The notes below the pieces were generated by a model. That model had not been told where the DNA came from. It did not search any database and worked only from the letters and a program-made list of their open reading frames with translations. A stretch of 64,000 nucleotides of DNA from Candidatus Eiseniibacteriota bacterium (GTDB lineage: Bacteria; Eisenbacteria; RBG-16-71-46; CAVPCR01): assembly GCA_963823555.1 (NCBI GenBank), contig CAWGMA010000001.1, positions 832,001 through 896,000 of the forward strand. Direction: 5' to 3'. Shown here one piece after another: positions 1 to 14,281 of this stretch. Made by a program: the position numbers and the translations under genes. Position 1 is the stretch's first letter, and each line of letters begins with the position of its first letter.

Positions 1-1
1 C

Positions 2-1087
<1,086 letters not shown>

Positions 1088-1126
1088 TCGATATGGTCCG
1101 GGCGCCGGAGTGCCCGCCAAGGAGCA

Positions 1127-2029
1127 GTGATGAGAGGATTGTTGCGTAGCAAGCTGGGGCGCGGGGTGCTCGTGCTCGGGGGGATCGCCGTTCTCACGGC
1201 CGCCTGCGGCAAGAGCGGTCCGCCGCGCTCGCCATCCGAGGTGCTCGTGCTCAGCCGGGCCGCGATGGCCACGGACCCGGCGGCCGACGAATGGCGGCAG
1301 GTGCCGGTGCACACGGCGGCGCTCCTGTTACAGGACATGGTCGAGCCCCGGCTGTTGACCCCCTCCACGGCATCGGTCGACGTACAGGCGATGACCGACG
1401 GCAGCCGGATCGCCTTCCGTCTGGCCTGGATCGACTCGAGCGGTAGCGACCTCCCCGGGGCCAGCCGTTTCTCGGATGCCTGCGCGGTGCAGCTCCCGGT
1501 CACCCTCTCTCCCGATGTGCCGGCCCCGCAGATGGGGGAGACTGGACGCCCGGTCGAGATCAGCTTCTGGCGGGCTTCATGGCAGGCGGTCGTCGATGGG
1601 CGGGCGGATGACATCAAGGCGCTCTATCCTGGCGCCGCCGTCGATCACTATCCATTCCAGGCGCCGACGCTCGAGGCCGGATCCGCGGACCAGGAGGCGA
1701 TGGCGGCGCGCTACGCGCCGGCTCGCACGCTTGGCAACCGGATGGCGGGCCCGCGAGAGCGGGCGGTCGAGGATCTGATCGCCGAGGGACCAGGCACTCT
1801 CCATGAGGCGCCCGAGCTCAGCTCCGACGGTCGCGGCGTGCGCACGCAGACGGGGTGGGCGGTGGTGATCACGCGCCCCCTACCGGCGGAGCTCAGACAG
1901 GCGGAGCGCGGTCAGGTCGCGTTCGCGGTCTGGGAAGGCGGCCACGACGAGGCGGGGGCGCGAAAGATGCGCACCGGATGGGTGCCGCTGGCCATCGAGG
2001 AAGCGGGAGGGAAGGGAGGAGGACATTGA
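1127..2029 (+). CDS. Ethylbenzene-dehydrogenase-type heme b gamma subunit (EB_dh/NxrC-like), predicted lipoprotein
   Basis: Follows the beta subunit; lipobox-like LTAAC; FSDACAVQLP, PQMG, FWRASWQ and VAFAVWEG...RK motifs typical of EbdC-like Met/Lys-ligated heme b subunits. Confidence 0.8.
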   Translation: MMRGLLRSKLGRGVLVLGGIAVLTAACGKSGPPRSPSEVLVLSRAAMATDPAADEWRQVPVHTAALLLQDMVEPRLLTPSTASVDVQAMTDGSRIAFRLAWIDSSGSDLPGASRFSDACAVQLPVTLSPDVPAPQMGETGRPVEISFWRASWQAVVDGRADDIKALYPGAAVDHYPFQAPTLEAGSADQEAMAARYAPARTLGNRMAGPRERAVEDLIAEGPGTLHEAPELSSDGRGVRTQTGWAVVITRPLPAELRQAERGQVAFAVWEGGHDEAGARKMRTGWVPLAIEEAGGKGGGH

Positions 2030-2703
2030 TGCCTCATCCGCCGCCGGAATCGCATTCTCCGGCGCCGAAGCTGATCGAAAGCGCCGAGTGGCGACTGCTG
2101 GGTCTCTTGTTCGAGCGGCCGCGCCCGGCCTGGCGAGAGGAGATCGCCGCACTCGCCCGTGAGGTCGCGAGCGAGGGTCTCAAGGCGGCGGCGCAGGCGG
2201 CCTCGGCGGCGACCGAAGGGGAGTACCTGGCGCTTCTTGGTCCGGGTGGCGCCGTTTCACCGCGGGAGGTCGGCTACCGCGGCATGGAAGATCCGGGACG
2301 GCTCCTTGCCGACATCGGTGCCTTTCATCGTGCCTTTGCCTTTCATCCGATCTCAGAGGATCCCGTCGATCACGTAGCGCAGGAGATCGGGCTAGTCGGC
2401 TACCTGAGCCTGAAGGTGGCCTTCGCCGAGCACGAGGGCAACCCGGAGGCGGCAACGACCACGGCCCGGGCGCGCGACACGTTCATCGCCGCGCACCTCG
2501 GCGTCTTCGCTCATGAGTTCGCCCGCCGTCTCGGAGCGGCGGCGAGCGCACGCAGCGTGGGCTACCTTGCTCTGGCTGCTCGTATTCTCGCCACCCGCGT
2601 GCCGCAGTCTGCGCAAGCTGCGCCCAGAGCTGCCGCCCTGCCCATCTTGACCGCCGATGGCCCCGACGAGATGGGCTGCGGATCCTGCCCCGACCCGGGA
2701 TAG
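2029..2703 (+). CDS. TorD/DmsD/NarJ family molybdoenzyme chaperone
   Basis: ATG overlaps the upstream TGA (TGATG); EDPVDHVAQEIG motif resembles the E(P)xDHxxxE TorD signature; operon context. Confidence 0.8.
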   Translation: MPHPPPESHSPAPKLIESAEWRLLGLLFERPRPAWREEIAALAREVASEGLKAAAQAASAATEGEYLALLGPGGAVSPREVGYRGMEDPGRLLADIGAFHRAFAFHPISEDPVDHVAQEIGLVGYLSLKVAFAEHEGNPEAATTTARARDTFIAAHLGVFAHEFARRLGAAASARSVGYLALAARILATRVPQSAQAAPRAAALPILTADGPDEMGCGSCPDPG

Positions 2704-2780
2704 GGACTGGGACCGGGGCCAGGCCGGCCAATGCGTTCGCCCGCGTGTCCATGCGAGGCGCAGCGCTCCAAGGCCGCCGG

Positions 2781-3890
2781 TCAATCACCATTCCCCATGC
2801 CGGGAGCGCGATCGCGCTCCTCGTCCTCGCTGGGTCGGCGGCGGCCGATCCAGCCCAGGCGCCGGAAGTAGAGGAGCATGCCGGTCGCCGTTCCTACCAT
2901 CAGCACCATCAGGACCGGATAGGCCCAGCGCTGGCGCAGCTCCGGCATGAATTCGAAGTTCATGCCGTAGATGCCGGCCAGGAACGTCAGCGGAATGAAG
3001 ATGCTGGCCATGATGGTCAGAACCTTCATGACCTCGTTCGTCCGGTTGCTGATCGAGGACAGGTAGGTGCCGAGAAGGGAACCTGCCATCTCGCGATAGG
3101 ACTCGAGCAAGTCCCCGATCTGTACGCAGTGGTCATAGCAGTCGCGGAGGTATAGCCGCGCCGTTTCTCCGAAGTAGTCGCTGTCTCCGCGCACCAGCAT
3201 GTTGATGGCATCCCGTTGCGGTCCGACGGCCCGCCGCAAACCCAGGAGCTGGCGCTTGATCCGGTTGATTTCATTGAGCGTGCTCGACTTCGCCTCGAAG
3301 ACGAGCCGGTCCTCGAGAGCCTCGAACTCATCGCCGAGTTTCTCGATGACCGGGTAGTAGCCGTCGATGACGGCGTCGATGAGGGCGTAGGCGAGGTAGT
3401 CGGCCCCGGCGTTGCGGATCGGTCCCTTGCCCTGGTCGATGCGCGTGCGCACCGGGTCGAAGACGTCCCCGTGCCGTTCCTGGAACGTCAGCACATAGCC
3501 CCGGCCGACAAAGATGCTGACCTGTTCGATGTCGAGCCTCTCATCGAGGAGCCGCACCATGCGGGTGATGTAGAGCTGATGATGGTCATAGGTCTCGGTC
3601 TTGGGTCGCTGCGGGGTGTTGACCACGTCCTCGAGAGCAAGGGGATGGATGGAGAAGCGTGCGCCGATGGCCTCGATGACACGCCGGTCCCCGAAACCCT
3701 GGACGTCGATCCAGGTCACACCGGAGGCGTCCGGAGCCGGAGGGGAGATGGACGCCGGGTCGGCAATGTCCTCGCGCTCGAGGGCGGAGCCAGAGAAGAA
3801 GATGCGCTGGATGCGCGGCGCCGGCGAGTCATGGGCGATCATCAAGGTGCCGGGTCGGGCGCCGACCGGTGGATGGCGCTTGCGAAACAC
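2781..3890 (-). CDS. corA: Magnesium/cobalt transporter CorA
   Basis: [22 protein letters not shown] (GMN signature), MPEL; GTG start at 3890 preceded by GGAGGGA. Confidence 0.95.
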   Translation of the reverse strand: MFRKRHPPVGARPGTLMIAHDSPAPRIQRIFFSGSALEREDIADPASISPPAPDASGVTWIDVQGFGDRRVIEAIGARFSIHPLALEDVVNTPQRPKTETYDHHQLYITRMVRLLDERLDIEQVSIFVGRGYVLTFQERHGDVFDPVRTRIDQGKGPIRNAGADYLAYALIDAVIDGYYPVIEKLGDEFEALEDRLVFEAKSSTLNEINRIKRQLLGLRRAVGPQRDAINMLVRGDSDYFGETARLYLRDCYDHCVQIGDLLESYREMAGSLLGTYLSSISNRTNEVMKVLTIMASIFIPLTFLAGIYGMNFEFMPELRQRWAYPVLMVLMVGTATGMLLYFRRLGWIGRRRPSEDEERDRAPGMGNGD

Positions 3891-3953
3891 GATTCCCTCC
3901 TGCACCTCCCGACGCGCAGTGGCACGTGGAACGACGGACACCCCGCCGGCGCG

Positions 3954-5191
<1,238 letters not shown>

Positions 5192-5269
5192 GGGATCTCC
5201 TTTCCTGGGTCGCTGCAGGGCTCGGCTCGTCGGTCCATTCTACATCGAGTGTCGAGACATGGCCTCATG

Positions 5270-8118
<2,849 letters not shown>

Positions 8119-8120
8119 GA

Positions 8121-9293
8121 TCAGTATTCGCCTGGCGACTCGGTGTCGCCTGTCAGGGATGTCGTGGACTCGTTGCCGGTACCGGCGTCCGCCGGAGCCG
8201 CAGCCTCTCTGGCGATGCGCTCGAGCTCGGCGGCGGGGAGCCGATCGATGCCGGCGATCAGCGAACCGAGGGCATCTGCCGCGCTCTCGACATCAGGGGC
8301 TCCGTAGATCCCGACCACGAACGCGCCCTCGGCTCGCGCGCCCGACACGGCGCCGATGTAGCGGTCCTTGACCCATTCGACCCCCAGCTTCGTGCCGGCC
8401 GCGGTCCCGTACTCGAGGAGCCCGGTGGCGAAACGTGCTGCCAGCACCCGGGCGGCAGAGGGATCCGCTGTCGCAATGACGAAGCTCTCGGTCTGCTGGT
8501 CGTCGCCGAGCGCGGAATAGACATTGCTCGCGAACTCGAGCGAATAGCCATTCTCCGGGGTGAATGAAATGCGACCCGGATCGAATCCGAGCTCGCCCAC
8601 GAAGAGCGCGTAGGCCCAGGGCAGCTCCACCGCGGGTAACCCGGAGGCCAGGGTCTGCTTGATATGCTCGAGCTGGGCCGAGTTGCGTGGCGATTCCTCT
8701 GACCCGATCGCGCGCGCATAGTAGCGACCACGCGTCATGAGGAGCGCATTGCGGGCGAGTTGCAGGAGCCCGCCCTCGGCAATCACTGACGGCGCATCGG
8801 CGGAGCGCTCGCCGGCGAAGGCGCCGATCGCGTTCGGTGCGGTCCCGAGGTCGAAGAGCTCGATGTCGACGGTAGCCGTAGGATCCTCGTCGCTGGCGAG
8901 GGACTGGAAATAGAGATGCTCGAAGCCGAGCGCTTTGTAGAAGTCCTCTCGCCCGTCGATCTTCTCGTAGAGATTGGAGCCATCGAAGTGCGAGACGGGG
9001 CCGGCGCTCCACCCCGTTCCCGCGAGTCCCTCCGGGAGCGGACCGCGATCGGCCACGGACGGGTTCGAGGGGAGGAGGGTCGCCGAGACATCGAACAGCG
9101 CCGGGTCGGGGTGGGCGCCCTTCCATGCGATCCAGACGGCAAGCAGGGCGAGGCCGACGACGATCGCGGCGCCGATCCGGACCTCGGCCATGGAATGCCG
9201 GGGTCGGTAATGGCGCCGCCCGTGACGCACGAAGAGACGATCTTCTTTGTTGCGGGTCAGGGTCATCGGGACATGATCGGCCGCGCCACTCAT
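8121..9293 (-). CDS. Exported protein of DUF6599-like family, one N-terminal transmembrane segment
   Basis: Intact 390-aa ORF with NLYEKIDG..FY..LGF..L and DIELFDLG...NAIG motifs; first gene of the DUF362/Fe-S/AKR operon. Confidence 0.65.
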   Translation of the reverse strand: MSGAADHVPMTLTRNKEDRLFVRHGRRHYRPRHSMAEVRIGAAIVVGLALLAVWIAWKGAHPDPALFDVSATLLPSNPSVADRGPLPEGLAGTGWSAGPVSHFDGSNLYEKIDGREDFYKALGFEHLYFQSLASDEDPTATVDIELFDLGTAPNAIGAFAGERSADAPSVIAEGGLLQLARNALLMTRGRYYARAIGSEESPRNSAQLEHIKQTLASGLPAVELPWAYALFVGELGFDPGRISFTPENGYSLEFASNVYSALGDDQQTESFVIATADPSAARVLAARFATGLLEYGTAAGTKLGVEWVKDRYIGAVSGARAEGAFVVGIYGAPDVESAADALGSLIAGIDRLPAAELERIAREAAAPADAGTGNESTTSLTGDTESPGEY

Positions 9294-9491
9294 GGGCGGC
9301 GAAGCCCAGCTCTGGGGGGAGCCGGCGATCCTAGCAGATGAGGCACGCTGCTGTCATCAAGACCAGCGCCCGCGCCTCCACGCATGGCCGGCGAGCCTCA
9401 GAACAGCCGGCGGCTGCGAGCGGGGGGCCCCTGCAGTAGAATCGGCCAGGCGGATGTCCTGAGCGCTGAAGCGGAACCGAGCGGGGAGGCC

Positions 9492-10982
9492 ATGATGCTG
9501 CCCTCACACAAGACCAAGATCGTCTGCACCATCGGACCGGCGTCGGAAGTTCCGGTGATCATGGAACGCATGTTGCGGGCGGGCATGAACGTGGCCCGTC
9601 TCAACTTCTCCCACGGGGAATTGGCCGGCCATCGGGAGATCATCCGGAACCTTCGCGCCGCAGCCCGGAATGTGGGGCGTAGGCTTGCGATCATGGCCGA
9701 CCTGCCGGGGCCCAAGATGCGGATCGGCATCCTGGCCGAGGAGCCCGTCGAGCTCCAGCCGGAGGATGCGATCGTGCTCTCGCGCGAGGAGTTCGTCGGG
9801 TCGGCGGCGAGGGTGTCTGTCTCCTTCACCCGCTTGCCCGAGGTGGTGAAGCCAGGTGACATCCTCTTCCTCAACGACGGACTGATCCAGCTCGAGGTCA
9901 AGGCGGTTCGCGGCTCGGAAGTCGAGTGCGTGGTCCAGGTCGGCGGCGAGCTCCGGTCCCGGAAGGGGCTCAACCTGCCCGGCATCGATCTCGGCATCAG
10001 CGCCTTCACTGACCGGGATCACGAGCTGCTCGCCTTCGCCGCTCGCGAGGGCATCGATGCCATCAGTCAGTCCTTCGTCGAGTCGCGAGCCGATATCGAC
10101 GCCGTGCGCGAGGCCGCGGCCGCGCTCGATTACCACCCGTTCCTGATCGCCAAGATCGAGCGCGCCAATGCGCTGCGCCATCTCGACGGTATCCTCGATG
10201 CGGCGGATGGCATCATGATCGCGCGCGGCGATCTCGGGGTGGAGGTCCCGATCGAGAAGATCGCCCCGATCCAGAAGGACATCATGCGGCGCGCCAACCA
10301 ACGCGCGCGCCCGGTCATCACGGCGACCCAGATGCTCGAATCGATGACCGCGAATCCGCGGCCGACCCGCGCCGAGTCGACCGATGTGGCGAACGCCGTA
10401 CTCGACGGCACCGACTGTGTCATGCTGTCCGGCGAATCAGCGATGGGCCGCTATCCCGTGGACGCCGTCGAGATGCTCGCCCGGATCGCCGCCGCCGCCG
10501 AAGCGGTGCGCCATCCCTTCACCGTGAGCGAGCTCTACGCGGGGATCGAGCTCAAGGGCCGGCTCCGGCCCGAGAACCTGGTGGCGCTCGGAGTCGAGGC
10601 CGCGATCGGCTACTCGGATCCCGCCGCGATCTTCACTCCGACCCTGAGCGGCGCGACGGCCAGGCGGCTCTCGGTCTTCAGGAACCCGGTCTGGATCGTG
10701 GCCGTGAGCGCGCGCGAGGAGACCTGCCAGGGGTTGGCGTTTTCATCAGGCGTTCATCCGGAATACGTCGAGTCCGAGCCGGAGGACTGGAACGCGTTCG
10801 TGCGCCGCTGGGTGCTCGATCATGGGCTCGAGGGAGACATCGCTCTCCTGACCGAAGGGCCGTCGCTCCGGCATCCCGACGCTAACAACCGCATGGAGAT
10901 TGTGTCTCTCGCGCCGGTGCTCGGGTTGGAACAGAACGGGGACAGCGATTCCGGTGTTGTGCGCCGGCCGTGGGCCAAGTAG
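9492..10982 (+). CDS. pyk: Pyruvate kinase
   Basis: KTKIVCTIGPAS, ARLNFSHG, DLPGPKMR, AKIE, MIARGDLGVE, TATQMLESM, DCVMLSGESA; GGGGAGG RBS before ATG 9492. Confidence 0.97.
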   Translation: MMLPSHKTKIVCTIGPASEVPVIMERMLRAGMNVARLNFSHGELAGHREIIRNLRAAARNVGRRLAIMADLPGPKMRIGILAEEPVELQPEDAIVLSREEFVGSAARVSVSFTRLPEVVKPGDILFLNDGLIQLEVKAVRGSEVECVVQVGGELRSRKGLNLPGIDLGISAFTDRDHELLAFAAREGIDAISQSFVESRADIDAVREAAAALDYHPFLIAKIERANALRHLDGILDAADGIMIARGDLGVEVPIEKIAPIQKDIMRRANQRARPVITATQMLESMTANPRPTRAESTDVANAVLDGTDCVMLSGESAMGRYPVDAVEMLARIAAAAEAVRHPFTVSELYAGIELKGRLRPENLVALGVEAAIGYSDPAAIFTPTLSGATARRLSVFRNPVWIVAVSAREETCQGLAFSSGVHPEYVESEPEDWNAFVRRWVLDHGLEGDIALLTEGPSLRHPDANNRMEIVSLAPVLGLEQNGDSDSGVVRRPWAK

Positions 10983-11102
10983 GCTAGTGCAAGATGGCGC
11001 CGGCCCCCGGCCGGCTCTCCAAGGATGCCGCCCCCTCCGGACACCTGCGTCGGGCCCGGCCGGCGGGGAGACGGGTTCCGTCTGCAGACCCGGAGGTCCC
11101 AC

Positions 11103-12350
11103 ATGTCCTTCCTCGCGCAGCGCATTCTCAGCTGTTTGCTTGCCTCTCTCCTTGTGACCATCCTCGGTTGTGGCGACGACAATGAGCCGGCCGGCCCGGG
11201 CGCGGGCAGCGGTTCGATCGCGATCGCCACCACGACCGGCGGCGACGACCTCGACGACAACGGATTCCGAGTTCAAGTCGATACCGGGGCACCCGCTGCG
11301 ATCGGCATCAATGCCTCCGTTATCGTCGCGGACGTGTCGAGAGGGGAACATACAGTCTCGCTCTCGGGACTCTCCGAGAACTGCTGTGTCGTGGGTGACA
11401 ACCCCCGCACCGTGGCGGTGTCGGCCGGTGACACGGTGGAAATCGACTTCGTTGTCGTCTGCGCCACATCAGCGACTGGAGCTCTGGCCCTGGAGAGCAA
11501 TCGTGACGGCGACTTCGAAATCTATGCGATGAACGCCGATGGCACGGGCATGGTCAATCTGACCGACAATTCCGACCTCGAGAAGCACCCCGCATGGTCG
11601 CCTGACGGCCAGCGCATCGCGTTCGTCAGCGATCGCGATGGCGATGACGAGATCTTCGTCATGGATGCGGACGGCGGCAACGTGATTCAGCTCACGAACA
11701 ACTCCGCGGAGGATGTCCATCCAGGGTGGTCCCCCGACGGCCAGCGCATCGCCTTCCAAAGCGATCGTGACGGTGACAGCGAGATCTACGTCATGAACGA
11801 CGACGGTTCGAGCCAGGAGAACCTGACCAACCGTCCGGAAGGGAACGACGACCCCGGCTTGGATCTGTATCCCGACTGGTCTCCGGACGGAACCAAGATC
11901 GCCTTCGTCAGTTCCCGGAGCGGAGTCAGTCTCGACATCTTCGTGATGAACATCGATGGTTCCAATCCCATCAATGTGACCAATAACCCGGCCTCGGATG
12001 AAGCGCCGAACTGGTCACCCGATGGATCCAAGATCGTCTTTGCCAGCGACCGCGGTGGTAACGACGACATCTACGTCCTGGAGCTAAGCAGCCGTATTGC
12101 GACCCGTGTCACCACCCACCCCGCCCTCGACTGGTTCCCGGCCTGGTCCCCCGACGGGTCGCAGATCGTGTTCCGGAGCGACCGCGAAGGGAACCCGGAG
12201 GTGTATCGCATCGATGCCTCCGGTTCTTGTCCGGTCAATCTCACCACGGCCGGTGAGGACGGCGGAGGTGGGGGGGGCGGGGGTGGGGGGGGATCGGCCG
12301 CGAGCACGGACTGCCATCCGGACTGGAAGCCGGCGCGGCCCCGACCCTAG
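11103..12350 (+). CDS. Lipoprotein with an Ig-like N-terminal domain and TolB-like PD40 beta-propeller repeats
   Basis: GGAGG RBS; lipobox ILGC; five PxWSPDGxxIxFxSDRxG repeats plus an interrupted terminal repeat. Confidence 0.85.
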   Translation: MSFLAQRILSCLLASLLVTILGCGDDNEPAGPGAGSGSIAIATTTGGDDLDDNGFRVQVDTGAPAAIGINASVIVADVSRGEHTVSLSGLSENCCVVGDNPRTVAVSAGDTVEIDFVVVCATSATGALALESNRDGDFEIYAMNADGTGMVNLTDNSDLEKHPAWSPDGQRIAFVSDRDGDDEIFVMDADGGNVIQLTNNSAEDVHPGWSPDGQRIAFQSDRDGDSEIYVMNDDGSSQENLTNRPEGNDDPGLDLYPDWSPDGTKIAFVSSRSGVSLDIFVMNIDGSNPINVTNNPASDEAPNWSPDGSKIVFASDRGGNDDIYVLELSSRIATRVTTHPALDWFPAWSPDGSQIVFRSDREGNPEVYRIDASGSCPVNLTTAGEDGGGGGGGGGGGSAASTDCHPDWKPARPRP

Positions 12351-12525
12351 GACCCGGCCCGGCCCCAGCCAGTGAATCGCCGCCCCCGGCGCGCCTGGGG
12401 CGGCGATCTTCTTGCCGCCCCCAGGCGATCCCTGGACCCAGGTATAATGCCGCCTCGGACCGGACGGTCCGTGGGTGCGGGGTCGCTAATGGCGGTGGCT
12501 CGAGAGCTGCCGGCTGTGGGAGGCA

Positions 12526-13296
12526 ATGGAGCAGATGTCATTCCCGAGGACTTGCAGGCGCATCGCCACGTTCACCGCGCTCTTGTCGATCATGGCGTGC
12601 CAGTCGACGACCGCGGCCGATCTCATCGTCGACGGCAACTTCGAGGCCAACCAGAAGAGCGCAGACTTGCGCAAGGACGCGAAGGGCCAGGACTGGTACG
12701 AGAGTCGCAAGGACGGCAAGGAGGGGCACGATCTCCTCATGCTGAGCACCAAGGACATCGCGGGGAACGCCACCAAGAAGGCCATGGTCAAGGGCGACCG
12801 CAAGTTCAACACGTACCTCACGCAGCGCTTTCCCGGCGAGCAGGCCGGCGATTTCACGGTCGAGTTCGACATCTTGGTGCGTGAGATCATGCCCGAGGAG
12901 AATCACTCCGCCTTCTTCTTCAGCGGTACCAGCACCGACAAGAAGAACGGGCCCAACTCGACCGGCAGCGAGCGATTCGTGTTCCTGGGGTTCGAGAACG
13001 CCACCGAGAAGGGGAAGATGAACCTCTTCGCGCGGGAGCGGGCCAAGAGCTGGGAGGAGAAGACGATCGTGGCCAGCGGTCTGGATCTGGGCAAGTGGTA
13101 CACGATCAGTGTCACCGTGCAGCCGAAGAAGGAGCGGTATCAGGCCATGGTCAAGGGCATGGGTGTTGCCAAGGACCTCGAGGCCTTCACCGCCAAGGGC
13201 AAGACGCCGAAGAAGCTCACCCACCTGAGCTTCGCCTCGTGGAATGACGGGGCGGGGACCTTCTACATCGACAACGTGGTGGCGCGCACGCAGTAG
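12526..13296 (+). CDS. Hypothetical secreted/lipoprotein, possible beta-sandwich
   Basis: 256-aa ORF with strong GC3 codon bias, GGGAGG RBS, signal peptide with IMAC, and ..FYIDNV ending. Confidence 0.7.
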   Translation: MEQMSFPRTCRRIATFTALLSIMACQSTTAADLIVDGNFEANQKSADLRKDAKGQDWYESRKDGKEGHDLLMLSTKDIAGNATKKAMVKGDRKFNTYLTQRFPGEQAGDFTVEFDILVREIMPEENHSAFFFSGTSTDKKNGPNSTGSERFVFLGFENATEKGKMNLFARERAKSWEEKTIVASGLDLGKWYTISVTVQPKKERYQAMVKGMGVAKDLEAFTAKGKTPKKLTHLSFASWNDGAGTFYIDNVVARTQ

Positions 13297-13322
13297 CCTC
13301 GCCGTATCCAGTACAAGAAGAG

Positions 13323-13352
13323 GCAAGGACGGGGAGCGATCCCCGTCCTTGC
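13323..13352. terminator. Hairpin between convergent genes (likely bidirectional terminator)
   Basis: Perfect 13-bp stem GCAAGGACGGGGA / TCCCCGTCCTTGC with a GCGA loop; no clear U-tract. Confidence 0.6.
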
Positions 13353-13384
13353 TGTCATGGTTGCGACGCGGTGACCCGGCGCAG

Positions 13385-14263
13385 CTACTTGAGCAGGGTC
13401 ATCCTCTTCGTCACCGCGACCCCGGCTCCTTCGATCCTGTAGAAGTACACGCCCGAGGGTACGGGCGCGCCGGCAAGGTCCGTGCCCTCCCAGGCCACCG
13501 TGTGGTCACCGGCAACGACCTCGCCATCGATCAGGCTCCGCACCAGGGCACCTTTGGCGTCGAAGATCCGTAATGAGACGCGGCTGTCAGCGCTCAGATT
13601 GAAGCGGATCGATGTCATCGGATTGAAGGGGTTCGGCTGGTTCTGTAGCAAGCGAATCCGCTCATGCCCGGCAACCGGCTCGGCGGCAGCCACCGCCACC
13701 ACACCACCGGCCGTCTCGTGGATCGCATAGATGAAGTCGCCGAACGTGGTGCCGTCGTTGTTGGCGGCGTTCCCGGCCACGTAGAACTCGACCTGAGAAT
13801 CCGGGCCTGCGGTCCAGTCGAAGGACCACTCTCGCGGTCCCGCTGTGCCGCGCCGGGTGCCGGCGCTCGTATGCTTCAGATAATCGGGGGCCGGCGCCGG
13901 GTTGTCGCTGATCTGCGTGCTGTCCGGATCCGTGACGATGATCGTGCCGCTCGACTCGTTCTGCGCGTTGATCACGGTGAGCTCGAAGCCCCAGCGCGAC
14001 TGTCCGGGATCACTCAGGCGCACGGTGAGGCTGTAGGTCTGGCCGGCACTGATGGTTGCCGGAACGCCCAGGAGCTCGAGCTGCCCGTTCCCCGCATTGA
14101 GCGGGAAGTCGCCGTGGCAGGCGACACAGGTGAGCTGGTTCGGCGGGTTGCCCGCGTACCCGTCGGGTGGGCCGCCGCTGAAGGCCGCGCCATCCCGGAC
14201 GGCAAGAACCAGCGTGAGCGCCGTGGCCGAGAGCACGATCAGGTGCCTGCGATTCGCATTCAT
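13385..14263 (-). CDS. Secreted Reeler/choice-of-anchor-V-like protein with CxxCH motif and C-terminal FlgD-Ig (T9SS-like) domain
   Basis: Signal peptide; TCVACHG; WGFELT; WSFDWTA; YVAGNAANNDG; C-terminal LLQNQPNPFNP...WEGTD..G..VPSGVYFYRI...KRMTLLK. Confidence 0.8.
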   Translation of the reverse strand: MNANRRHLIVLSATALTLVLAVRDGAAFSGGPPDGYAGNPPNQLTCVACHGDFPLNAGNGQLELLGVPATISAGQTYSLTVRLSDPGQSRWGFELTVINAQNESSGTIIVTDPDSTQISDNPAPAPDYLKHTSAGTRRGTAGPREWSFDWTAGPDSQVEFYVAGNAANNDGTTFGDFIYAIHETAGGVVAVAAAEPVAGHERIRLLQNQPNPFNPMTSIRFNLSADSRVSLRIFDAKGALVRSLIDGEVVAGDHTVAWEGTDLAGAPVPSGVYFYRIEGAGVAVTKRMTLLK

Positions 14264-14281
14264 GTTGCCTCCTGCCGTTTA

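Noticed and set aside
2700..2730. GC-rich short repeats after stop codons (also near 12350) as a possible REP family
   Set aside because: The similarity is weak and low-complexity, as expected in high-GC DNA.
11560..12200. Periodic nucleotide repeats that could suggest a CRISPR array
   Set aside because: They are degenerate coding PD40 repeats; no identical repeat-spacer structure and no cas genes.
12392..12448. Hairpin plus TATAAT upstream of the 12526 gene
   Set aside because: No properly spaced -35; could be a terminator or a promoter, but too ambiguous to call.
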